A stretch of DNA of 64,000 bases from Omnitrophica WOR_2 bacterium GWF2_43_52 (lineage in GTDB: Bacteria > Omnitrophota > Gorgyraeia > Gygaellales > UBA12090). Below, piece after piece: positions 46,305-55,189 of this stretch; position 1 is the stretch's first letter, and each line of letters begins with the position of its first letter. The position numbers and the translations under genes were made by a program. A model generated the notes under the pieces. The model was not told where the DNA came from. It did not search any database and was given only the letters and a program-made list of their open reading frames with translations. The stretch covers positions 184,429 through 248,428 of the forward strand of contig MHGF01000003.1 in the NCBI GenBank assembly GCA_001805445.1, in the 5' to 3' direction.

Positions 46305-46411
46305 CTCTAACAGGCAGCAGGATAAAAAATAACCAATCAGCAAATTCCAAACACCAAATAAGCTCCAATACCCAATAACCAAACCTATCGATTTGTATAC
46401 ACGGAGGAAAA

Positions 46412-47701
46412 ATGAAGAAGGCCATAATGATCGCGCTCGCTGTAGGCATTTACGCCTGTATCTGCGGCATAAGCTCTGCCACCTTTGAAAAGATACAACT
46501 AAAACAGCAGGGAAGCATCAAGCAGGAAACCGCCTACCGCATAGGGCAGCCACGCGTTTTTAGCAAGATAAAAAACCAGATAGTTCTCATCGAAAGCGCG
46601 AAGTTAACCGATAAACTGAATTTTAAGATAACCGGGCGCTTTTATTATGACCTGGTGTATAATCTGGCCCATAATTTTCCTAATAACGTTGACTCCGACC
46701 AAAGACAAGAGGTTGAGTTACGCGACACCTACTTTGATTATTCAGACGGCCCGTTTGACATCCGCCTGGGCAAACAACAAATTGTCTGGGGGGAAGCTGT
46801 GGGGCTTTTTTTTGCGGATGTGGTAAACGCCAAGGATTTACGCGAATTTATCCTGCCTGAGTTTGACCTAATCCGTATCCCCCAGTGGGGTATTGACGCG
46901 GAATACACAAAAAAGAATTTTCACGCCGAATTCCTCTGGCTGCCCATCCTTGAATTTAACAAAATAGGGGTAAGAGGAGCGGAATTTGAGTTTCCGTATC
47001 CGGTGCCGGAGGGCACCGTATTTACTGCCACAGACCCCGCGCAGCCGAAAAACAGCTTCAAAAACAGCGAAACAGGCATGCGCCTGTCCTATCTTTTAAA
47101 CGGCTGGGATATCAGCGCCTTTTACCTCTATACCTGGGAAAAATTCCCTATTTACTACCGCAGTATCGCCTCGGGTGCCTACAACTTTAGCCCATCCTAC
47201 AAAAGGCTTCATACCACAGGCTTGACCTTTGCCAGGGAACTCAACGATATTATTTACAAAGGGGAATTTGTCATGACTCCTCAGGGGTATTTTCCGCTCT
47301 TTGACGATACCGATCAAGACGGAATCACCCGCAAGGATTACCTTGATTACCTTCTGGGAATAGACTTTACAGTCCTGTCAAAGATCGATAACAATATCCA
47401 GTTTATGCAGAGAATAATTTTTGACTATGATAAGCATCTGGTAAACGAAAATCCGGTGCGTAATTCAATTTCCTATAGAATCAGCAGGGGATTCCTTGAT
47501 GATACGCTGAACGCTGAATTCTTAATCATCGCCAGCCTTATGGAAAAAGATTTCCTTTATAGGCCAAAGATTACCTATACGTTTGGGAACAACTGGAAAT
47601 TCAGGATAGGAATGGATATCTTTAAGGGTGAGCCTTCAGGGGTATTCGGAAAATTCAAGAAGAAAAGCAGGGTATACAGCGAAGTTACTTTCAGCTTTTA
47701 A
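46412..47701 (+). CDS. DUF1302-family outer-membrane protein (putative beta-barrel)
   Basis: A signal peptide with the conserved …RLGKQQIVWGEAVGLFFADVVN… block typical of DUF1302. It ends in aromatic residues (…VTFSF), as outer-membrane beta-barrels do. Confidence 0.45.
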   Translation: MKKAIMIALAVGIYACICGISSATFEKIQLKQQGSIKQETAYRIGQPRVFSKIKNQIVLIESAKLTDKLNFKITGRFYYDLVYNLAHNFPNNVDSDQRQEVELRDTYFDYSDGPFDIRLGKQQIVWGEAVGLFFADVVNAKDLREFILPEFDLIRIPQWGIDAEYTKKNFHAEFLWLPILEFNKIGVRGAEFEFPYPVPEGTVFTATDPAQPKNSFKNSETGMRLSYLLNGWDISAFYLYTWEKFPIYYRSIASGAYNFSPSYKRLHTTGLTFARELNDIIYKGEFVMTPQGYFPLFDDTDQDGITRKDYLDYLLGIDFTVLSKIDNNIQFMQRIIFDYDKHLVNENPVRNSISYRISRGFLDDTLNAEFLIIASLMEKDFLYRPKITYTFGNNWKFRIGMDIFKGEPSGVFGKFKKKSRVYSEVTFSF

Positions 47702-48090
47702 CCCGTAAAAACGTTGTCTACAGCCGAAAGCAGTTCCTCCTCAGAGCAAGATTTCTGAAGGTAGAGCCTCGTAGTAGAGATTGCTGAAAAATCACTTTGG
47801 ATTCCTTCCCGATGAGCACCTAAGTAATCGCCGGGTATATTGGTAAGAAAGATGATCGGGATACTGCTACAATCCGGCAGGGCTTTAAGCTGCTTTGCCA
47901 CCTCATCGCCTAACATCTTAGGCATTAACACATCCAGAATAATCAGGTCAGGCTTGTATGATTTTGCTTTAGACAAGCCATCCTCACCGTCATAGGCGGT
48001 CATAACCTCAAAGCCATGATTCTCCAGGGTGAACTTCATTATCACCACGATATCTGGCTCATCATCCACAATTAAGATTCTTTTGGCCAT
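47698..48090 (-). CDS. Single-domain response regulator (CheY-like receiver)
   Basis: …ILIVDDEPDIVVIMKFTLE…PDLIILDVLMPKMLG…PIIFLT… carries the phospho-acceptor Asp and the Thr/Lys motifs. Confidence 0.7.
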   Translation of the reverse strand: MAKRILIVDDEPDIVVIMKFTLENHGFEVMTAYDGEDGLSKAKSYKPDLIILDVLMPKMLGDEVAKQLKALPDCSSIPIIFLTNIPGDYLGAHREGIQSDFSAISTTRLYLQKSCSEEELLSAVDNVFTG

Positions 48091-48092
48091 GG

Positions 48093-48935
48093 CTATTTCT
48101 TAGTAAAGCCTGAAAAATCAAAGGAAGGGTAGCACTTTCTAAGATACTCCATCTCAAGAGAAGTAGCCTTTCTGAAAACATCTGTTTTCTCATGAAAAAA
48201 ATACCCCAGGTCTGACACGCCAAACGAAGCCTTACCGGCCAAGCTCACCGCTGGAGTCGATTTTTCAAAAAACATCTTATAGAGGCCCTCTTTATTTTTC
48301 TCTTTACATTCAGACTCCAGAGTAGCGAATTCAACGCACTTGGCAATGGCGGGGGCGCCATTGGCATTATCATAGGTTTTGAGCCCTCCCAAATCCTTGA
48401 ATAAAAGAAAATCATAGGTCAGGCTGTGCTTAGGATTTATGGTAATGCACATATAATCTAAGCCAAGGCGCCTGTAGGCATAATCAAAGATAAGCTTAAA
48501 GAGATTAAAAATAAAAAACATCTTTTTAGAGTTAAGAAGCATCGAGACGCCATTCTTAAAAAGCTCTGTGTCGCTGGCAAGCATCGAAATCTCGCAGATT
48601 TTCTTACCGTTTGAGCGCAGGACTGATAATTCCTCATGGTAGATCTCATCCATGGGAAGCCCCAAAGGCGAATCTGGAATCAGGGTCGCGGTCGCGAATA
48701 TTTCATTTTCAAGAATGGTGACAAAACTGGCAGTCTCCGGCAGGGCATTATATATGGAAAGCTTTAACCGCGAATCGGATTCCCTGCAATAGCCGCGTTT
48801 TAAATACTCCCTGTACACAAGGGCATAGGCTTTCTCCAATTCATTTCTGGAGCGGGCAACCCGGTATTCTATCTGCTCAAGAAAGCGCTGCAGGCTTGCC
48901 TGTTCTGCCGCTGTGGCTGTTTTTACTGTATCCAT
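48093..48935 (-). CDS. GNAT-fold acyltransferase, paralog B of the 37458 protein (exosortase-associated N-acyl amino acid synthase-like)
   Basis: The same conserved blocks as paralog A (YRVARSRNELEKAYALVYREYLKRGY…SIYNALP…ATATLIPDSPLGLPMDEIY…CEISMLASD). Confidence 0.35.
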   Translation of the reverse strand: MDTVKTATAAEQASLQRFLEQIEYRVARSRNELEKAYALVYREYLKRGYCRESDSRLKLSIYNALPETASFVTILENEIFATATLIPDSPLGLPMDEIYHEELSVLRSNGKKICEISMLASDTELFKNGVSMLLNSKKMFFIFNLFKLIFDYAYRRLGLDYMCITINPKHSLTYDFLLFKDLGGLKTYDNANGAPAIAKCVEFATLESECKEKNKEGLYKMFFEKSTPAVSLAGKASFGVSDLGYFFHEKTDVFRKATSLEMEYLRKCYPSFDFSGFTKK

Positions 48936-48944
48936 ACGAAACCT

Positions 48945-49367
48945 TTATTGTAAATATTTAAGGAGAATCTTTTCGCTTATATATTCAATATAGCGCCTGC
49001 GGTCGGTGTCATTCATTTTATGAAACTTTACCCCAATTGTATACCCGTGTTTTTTCTTCGCGCACCAGCATACCTCTGACTCAACAACAATAGGCTTCAT
49101 GGATTCCTCAAGAAAGAGTATCTTAAGATAAAGCCTGGTGCCAAGAGCTACCTTGATGTCGCTGCCAAACCTGACGCCCTGGCCGCTGATATCATCTATC
49201 AGAAAGGGGCCGCACCATTCTTCAAGGAGGCTGGAGCTGTACAAAAGCCTTACCTGAATAGCTAAGCGCTCGCTTTTACGCTTATCTTTGGAAATAAACT
49301 CCCTGACATCGCTGATTCGTATATCGAATGACTTTTTAATCATACGTATGTACCCTCTTTTAAGCAT
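48945..49367 (-). CDS. PilZ-domain c-di-GMP-binding protein
   Basis: RKSER (RxxxR) and DISGQGVRF (DxSxxG) motifs with PilZ spacing. The gene overlaps the 3' end of the upstream acyl-ligase gene. Confidence 0.55.
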   Translation of the reverse strand: MLKRGYIRMIKKSFDIRISDVREFISKDKRKSERLAIQVRLLYSSSLLEEWCGPFLIDDISGQGVRFGSDIKVALGTRLYLKILFLEESMKPIVVESEVCWCAKKKHGYTIGVKFHKMNDTDRRRYIEYISEKILLKYLQ

Positions 49368-51961
49368 ATCAATCGTGCCCTTAAATTATCGGCTATATTT
49401 TGATACATGTCAATAGTTTCTCCCTGAGAAAAGCCTAACGCCTCAGAAGATGCTGCCTTTCCGAAAACAACCTCAATCTTTCCAAACGACGGGAACATTG
49501 CATACGGCGGCCAGGCTTCATAAGCCCCGCGGATATAGACAGGCACCGCGTCTACCTGAAGTTCTTTAATCAAAATACCGATGCCACGCTTAAACTCCTG
49601 GATTTCCCCATCTATTGAACGTATGCCTTCAGGGAAAAGGCAGAGCGCCTTTTTATTCCTCAAGACATAACTGCACATGGTTAAGGTATCAGCTACATGA
49701 GCGGCTGGGTCAATGGGGATAAGGCGAAAAAGTTGTTTTGACCACCTAAGAAAAGGATGTTCAAGGTACGCACGATAGCCCAGGAAAAAGGTAAAAAGCA
49801 AGGCGCGATAACCCATCGCCGCTACCAATAACGGCACATCTAAATAGCTCGAATGGTTGGGACAAAGGATAAAAGGGCCCTTTTGAGGAATGTTTTCACT
49901 GCCGCTTACTTTGATACGCAAAAATAACCGCATCAGAAAAGATACCATGGCAATAGCCATAAAATTTATCAGCCGATAGAAGAAGCCTTGTTTAAATGAA
50001 AGGGGCATTTTTTTACCGGAGCCGCCGTGCGTGATAGAGTCCCAGCTTACCGCTTCGCTTTGGCGCGCGCTACTGATTTGTGAGCCATGCAATTTTTCCA
50101 AGACATCCCGCACGGTCGCGATAAAGAAAAAATCTTTTTCATCTAAGGCGGCTCCTGAAAGCTTTTGAAACTCAAAGAAAATCCCGATGCGCTCCAAGGA
50201 ATCTAATCCAAGGTCAAGTTCAAGATGCTCATCCAGACTCACCTTACGCTTGAGTTTTTCACAAAGATACTGCATCGCCTTGCGGCAAAGAGGAGAGGAA
50301 AGAAGGCGGCGGTCAGAGGATGAAAGAGTTTCATCCTTCAGAAAATCATGATGGAGTACATAGCGGTGCTTTATATCAAAACGCCTCAGGTTCCCCATTA
50401 CGGTTTCAGGAAGGCTGTCTTTAATCAGGGTATAGTTTTTAATTCTTTTATAATCAGAGAGGCCTTGGGATAGCCTTTCTATTTCCCAATGGATTCTGTC
50501 TTTTATTTGGGATACGCCATGTAACGCGCAATACTTAAAATCAGGTAAAATTAAGGCGGTTAAAAAATGCTCTTTTCCTTCCTGAGAGAAGTACACGCAT
50601 ATCTGTTTTACATAAAGGCTTTTTCTGTACCAGGATTCAAGTTCTACCACATTAATCCTTCTATTCCCGGGGGCTATACTTTCTTCATCTTTTCTACCCT
50701 GAACATAAAGAAAGCCGTGCTCGTCAACATAGCCTACGTCGCCGGTAGGAAACCAATCACCCTGAAAAGCTAAAGAGGCATTTGCTTCGTCTTTATAATA
50801 ACCGCGGAAACCCGCGGCATCTTTAACCATGATTTCGCCCGGGGCGCCAGGAGAAGACTCCGCTATTTTTATTTCAAACCCGGGAGCCGGACTGCCCACC
50901 GCGGAGGGGGGGAGCTTATCGGATAAGCTAAAAGCTATAAAAGGAGATATTTCAGTTACTCCGTAAAGCGTTAAAAATTGAAGGCCTGCCCGGGAAAAGA
51001 ATACGCTTATATCGCTTGATACATTTGCTACGCTAGAGACTATGAGACGAAGCTTCGTACCCAGAACAGAATTAATGTAAGCTTTATAACGCCGCTGTTC
51101 ACTGAAAAAACTCCTCAACCATATTTTTTTGAGAAAGGAAAAAGAGCGAACTCCATCATTGAGCTTTTTATAGAAGATCTGAAGCAGCTCTGGAGCCCCG
51201 GCTATGACGCTCACCGCGGTCTTTCGCATACACTCGGTGATTTCATCCCACTGGTCATTCTTGGGAAAACTAACGCTCGCGCCTATGCATAAAGGTAAGA
51301 GGAGATTAAACGTAAGCGGATACGCGTGGCAAAGAGGAAGCAATGAAATAAAACAATCATCGCTGGTAACGAAACCCGCTTGCCGCATCGTTTGTATCCA
51401 TGCAAGAGACGCTTGGTTCGTAATTGCTACAGCCTTTGGTTTATTGCTTTGGCCTTGAGTGTAAACGGCCATCGCTGTGTGTCCGGGAGCAACATCCTTA
51501 ACTAAGTGCTGTTTCGAGGAAACGCGCGTAAAATGCTTAAGCAATTCCTCTGAATCAATACCGATGAGGGGTATACGCGCTTCATGCGCGATTACTTTTA
51601 TTTTCTCTGTGAGGTCCACGGTAGTGATGAGGCATTTCACATCCAAGGATACAAGCGCATCTTTAAGCTCAGGAGCATCCAACGCATGATAAAGAGGAAG
51701 AGCAATCGCTCCCATACCTACAACTCCAAAAAAGGCAGCCGGCCAGAAGCGGCTATTATCAAGAATAAGGGCAACCGTATCTGCCTGGTTTATATGATGC
51801 TCCCTTAAAAACGCGGTTACCGATAATGACTGTTGGTATAGCTCTTGATAGGTAAAAGAATGGTAGGCATCATTCTCCTTAAACAAAACAGCTTTTTTTT
51901 GAGGATTCTTTCGCGAGGCCTCCTCAAAGGCCTTAAAAAGTGTAAAAATAGACTCGTCCAT
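49340..51961 (-). CDS. Tri-domain fatty-acyl-AMP ligase / acyl carrier protein / lysophospholipid acyltransferase (AMP-binding - PP-binding - PlsC-like)
   Basis: AMP-binding A3 motif YTQGQSNKPKAV and A8 motif TGDVGYVDEHGFLYVQGRKDE. Carrier domain with the Ser attachment site LDLGLDSLE. LPLAT motifs NHSSYLD (HxxxxD) and FPEGIRS. Confidence 0.65.
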   Translation of the reverse strand: MDESIFTLFKAFEEASRKNPQKKAVLFKENDAYHSFTYQELYQQSLSVTAFLREHHINQADTVALILDNSRFWPAAFFGVVGMGAIALPLYHALDAPELKDALVSLDVKCLITTVDLTEKIKVIAHEARIPLIGIDSEELLKHFTRVSSKQHLVKDVAPGHTAMAVYTQGQSNKPKAVAITNQASLAWIQTMRQAGFVTSDDCFISLLPLCHAYPLTFNLLLPLCIGASVSFPKNDQWDEITECMRKTAVSVIAGAPELLQIFYKKLNDGVRSFSFLKKIWLRSFFSEQRRYKAYINSVLGTKLRLIVSSVANVSSDISVFFSRAGLQFLTLYGVTEISPFIAFSLSDKLPPSAVGSPAPGFEIKIAESSPGAPGEIMVKDAAGFRGYYKDEANASLAFQGDWFPTGDVGYVDEHGFLYVQGRKDEESIAPGNRRINVVELESWYRKSLYVKQICVYFSQEGKEHFLTALILPDFKYCALHGVSQIKDRIHWEIERLSQGLSDYKRIKNYTLIKDSLPETVMGNLRRFDIKHRYVLHHDFLKDETLSSSDRRLLSSPLCRKAMQYLCEKLKRKVSLDEHLELDLGLDSLERIGIFFEFQKLSGAALDEKDFFFIATVRDVLEKLHGSQISSARQSEAVSWDSITHGGSGKKMPLSFKQGFFYRLINFMAIAMVSFLMRLFLRIKVSGSENIPQKGPFILCPNHSSYLDVPLLVAAMGYRALLFTFFLGYRAYLEHPFLRWSKQLFRLIPIDPAAHVADTLTMCSYVLRNKKALCLFPEGIRSIDGEIQEFKRGIGILIKELQVDAVPVYIRGAYEAWPPYAMFPSFGKIEVVFGKAASSEALGFSQGETIDMYQNIADNLRARLICLKEGTYV

Positions 51962-52088
51962 TAAAAATAGTGTATCATATTAATCGCATAAAAACAAGTA
52001 ACTTAGCCTTGGGCTCTCCAGAAAGATGCTAGGCTAACACGTTAAACAACAATAGCTTAGAAGTATAAAAAAATACTCATTGGCAGGC

Positions 52089-52117
52089 TTGACAGGTGAG
52101 GGCATACATGGTATACT
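52089..52117 (+). promoter_or_regulatory. Near-consensus sigma-70 promoter: TTGACA - 17 bp - TATACT
   Basis: -35 TTGACA at 52089-52094, a 17-nt spacer, and -10 TATACT at 52112-52117. It lies about 78 nt upstream of ATG 52195. Confidence 0.45.
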
Positions 52118-52194
52118 TTAGCAACGGTAACAAGAGGCCTATCAGGCGACAAAGCACTATCTAAAACCACCCAAAAACCCACTATCTTGAATAT

Positions 52195-53139
52195 ATGGAC
52201 TTAGCTGTCTTCAAAAAAGGTTTACTCGGAAAGGCCCTCAGCAAATCCCTCACTACCTTTAGGCAGTATCCATCCATTGTTATCCCGTTTCTGGCCTTTA
52301 CTATCATAGAGCTTATCGCGCTCATAGCCTTATACAACATTCCCCGCCAACCACTGGTGGGCATATTGGGCCCTCCGGTGCGGACATTCTGGGGAGAAAA
52401 ATTCCTCCATTATCCTTACAATTTCCTTATTCTGCCAAAGATATCCTACTATAGCAGAATAGTGCTATCCGTTTTTTTTGGCTCGCTTTTGATGGGAACA
52501 GCTATAGCGCTTATCGGGGCTTTCCATTATAAAAAACCAATCCGGCTCGGAAAGGCGCTTCAATTCGCTTTTCGCAAATACATACTGCTTTTCGCGGTTC
52601 TCCTGCTTCTGACGGCACTCTATTATTTCCTCGACAAATGCATTACCCTGGGACTGGTTAAATACTTTATAGCAGGGCACAAAAAGCTTCTCTTCCTCAA
52701 TGCAAAAGCATGGCTGGGCCCGATTTTACCTGTACTCACCTTTTTACTCGCGATATTACTTCAATCGCTTTTCGCGTATGCTTTACCGGCGGTAATAATC
52801 GGCAACGAAAAGCTCCTTTCGGCACTCTGGAAATCAGTAGTACTATGCAAGCGGCTGTTCATCACAACACTCATTATCGTAACGGTTACCCTGCTCTTGT
52901 TTGTGCCGATATTGACATTAATCTATAACTCGACATTCTTGATTAATAAACTTTTCCCGGAATTTATTCTTTACGTTCTGATCGCGGGAGTTATTGCCAA
53001 CTCCCTGATCATTGACCTCTGCCTGACGCTTTTTACTACCAACATCTATGTGCTCTACTCTGACGCCAACGATGGCACTCTCGCGCAAGAAACAGGAAAG
53101 GCATCCGGCGCGAAAAAAGAGAAAAAACATAAACCATAA
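52195..53139 (+). CDS. Polytopic membrane protein, unknown function
   Basis: 314 aa with about 6 hydrophobic helices and a Lys-rich C-terminus. No motif recognised. Confidence 0.35.
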   Translation: MDLAVFKKGLLGKALSKSLTTFRQYPSIVIPFLAFTIIELIALIALYNIPRQPLVGILGPPVRTFWGEKFLHYPYNFLILPKISYYSRIVLSVFFGSLLMGTAIALIGAFHYKKPIRLGKALQFAFRKYILLFAVLLLLTALYYFLDKCITLGLVKYFIAGHKKLLFLNAKAWLGPILPVLTFLLAILLQSLFAYALPAVIIGNEKLLSALWKSVVLCKRLFITTLIIVTVTLLLFVPILTLIYNSTFLINKLFPEFILYVLIAGVIANSLIIDLCLTLFTTNIYVLYSDANDGTLAQETGKASGAKKEKKHKP

Positions 53140-53984
53140 TGAAGACACTATTGAATATTATCCTTACGGTACTGGCCTCATGCGCTCTCATTTCGTGCAG
53201 CAATGACCAATACTCAGTAGAGAGGAAATACTATAATGCCCAAAAGCAGGCAGAAAAGATATTTAAAAATCCGCTCTCGAGCCCTCCGCAAGAACTGCAA
53301 AGAAGCGTCGATACCTTTGCCCGCTTTACTCAAGAATACCCCCAGACCAATTTAGCCCTGCAGGCTGAGTTCGTTATTGCCCGGCTTTACATGGCAAAAG
53401 AAGAATACGAGAAGGCAAGGGCGCACCTCAACACAATGATAAAAAATTACGCGAAATTCCCCGATGTCTGCTCAGAGGCATCCTTCTTAATCGCCTATTC
53501 CTACGAAGCCGCTGGCACATGGAACAAGGCGCTCGAACACTACAAAAAAACAATTCAGGATTATCCGACAACTCGCAAAAGCCTTGAAATACCCATCTAC
53601 ATCGCCCGCTACTACAAAGCAAAATTCCAGCCGGACAAGATGCTTTCTGCCTACCATGAGGCAGTATCTCACTATAGCGCGCTCGTAAAGAAATATCCTA
53701 ATTCGCTGCTTGCCCTCACCGCGCAAAATCTTACTGCCCGATGCCATCTGGCGGCAGGAGAATGGAACCAGGCGCTTGAGTCCTTTGATGCCATGCTCCA
53801 AAAATACAAGGGAACAAAAATCAGCATGGATGGCATCATGGTGCAGATGGCGCTTATCTATGTAAAGGAACTTCATGACACAAGTAAAGCTAAAGAACTA
53901 TTAGAAACCCTTATCAAGGACTATCCTAAAAGCCGATTAATAAGAATAGCCAATAAATTATTAGAAGAGGTAAGTAAAAAATGA
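53139..53984 (+). CDS. TPR-repeat lipoprotein
   Basis: Lipobox LASCALISC. Repeated 34-residue TPR-like units (…ARLYMAKEEYEKARAHL… / …AYSYEAAGTWNKALEHYKK… / …ARCHLAAGEWNQALESF…). Confidence 0.55.
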   Translation: MKTLLNIILTVLASCALISCSNDQYSVERKYYNAQKQAEKIFKNPLSSPPQELQRSVDTFARFTQEYPQTNLALQAEFVIARLYMAKEEYEKARAHLNTMIKNYAKFPDVCSEASFLIAYSYEAAGTWNKALEHYKKTIQDYPTTRKSLEIPIYIARYYKAKFQPDKMLSAYHEAVSHYSALVKKYPNSLLALTAQNLTARCHLAAGEWNQALESFDAMLQKYKGTKISMDGIMVQMALIYVKELHDTSKAKELLETLIKDYPKSRLIRIANKLLEEVSKK

Positions 53985-55189
53985 CCGGACATAAAATCTC
54001 CGAACTCCACACAGAAACATCAGCCACCCTAAAAGACTTCTTAAACAGCGCGCTTAAGGATATTATGGCTGTTACCCACGCGGAGTGCGGCTCCCTGTTT
54101 TTATTTGATTCAGAAAATAAAGAGCTTGTCATGAACTCGTTTTACAATACCAAAGAATTACCTCTTAAAGGGCTCAAGCACAGGATAGGGGAGGGGGTTT
54201 CCGGAAAAGTGGCAGGCATACAAAGCCCGGTTCTCGTCAAAGACATCGATACCGATATACGTTTCAGGCGTAATGGCTATACGCACTACCGCACAAAATC
54301 TTTCATTTCAGTGCCGATTTCCAACTCTCAAGAATTATTAGGGCTCATTAACTTAGCAGATAAAGCAAACGGAGAACCTTTTTCTAAGGATGACCTCAAC
54401 GCCGCGGTTGCGATAGCAAAATATGCCTGCCTAAGCCTTGATGCCTTACACAGCTATACCGAGTTAAAGAAAGAAACCGATGCCCTTCATACGCAAAGCG
54501 CCCATCTTGAAAAATATGCCTCCGTGGGAAAACTTGCCGGGGGCATTGTCCATGAAGTCAATAATCCGCTTGATGGAATTATTCGCTACACCAACATGCT
54601 CCTTAACCAGACCGATGACAACACTACCGCCAGAGGATACCTTCTGGAGATAAAAAAGGGCCTTGAAAGGATCGCGCACATTACCAAGAGCCTCCTTGAA
54701 TTTTCCCACCAAATTAATGCCAACGCCTCCTGTCAAAAAAGGTATATAGACATCGAGCACCTGATAAGGGAAACCCTGGATGTCATTCATGATGAGTCCT
54801 TAAAGAATATTAAAGTCATTAACCTAATCAAACACTCTTTGCCCAAGGTTATTGATTTCGGGTTATCTCATATAGTGATAAATATAATCCGTAACGCCAT
54901 TGACGCTATGGCCAGTGGAGGGGCGCTCAGCATTAGCGCCCAAACACATTACGCGGGCATCAATATTAGCTTTCAAGATACAGGCACAGGCTTAAGTGAT
55001 GAAGTCAAGAAAAGGATATTTGAGCCATTCTTTACTACCAAAAGTAGAGAGAAGGGAAGCGGGCTTGGCCTGGCAATTTGCAATGAGATTATCCAAAAGT
55101 ATGAAGGCACAATTGATGTAAAAAGCTCACCGGGACAAGGAAGCACTTTTACCATTTTTATCCCCCAAAAATATATCACGCATGCATAA
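53981..55189 (+). CDS. Cytoplasmic GAF-domain sensor histidine kinase (PrsK-like partner of the sigma-54 activator)
   Basis: An N-terminal GAF domain. H-box …HEVNNPLDGI…. HATPase_c N, G1 and G2 boxes (…NAIDAM…, …DTGTGL…, …GSGLGLAI…). The stop overlaps the start of the response-regulator gene. Confidence 0.65.
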   Translation: MTGHKISELHTETSATLKDFLNSALKDIMAVTHAECGSLFLFDSENKELVMNSFYNTKELPLKGLKHRIGEGVSGKVAGIQSPVLVKDIDTDIRFRRNGYTHYRTKSFISVPISNSQELLGLINLADKANGEPFSKDDLNAAVAIAKYACLSLDALHSYTELKKETDALHTQSAHLEKYASVGKLAGGIVHEVNNPLDGIIRYTNMLLNQTDDNTTARGYLLEIKKGLERIAHITKSLLEFSHQINANASCQKRYIDIEHLIRETLDVIHDESLKNIKVINLIKHSLPKVIDFGLSHIVINIIRNAIDAMASGGALSISAQTHYAGINISFQDTGTGLSDEVKKRIFEPFFTTKSREKGSGLGLAICNEIIQKYEGTIDVKSSPGQGSTFTIFIPQKYITHA

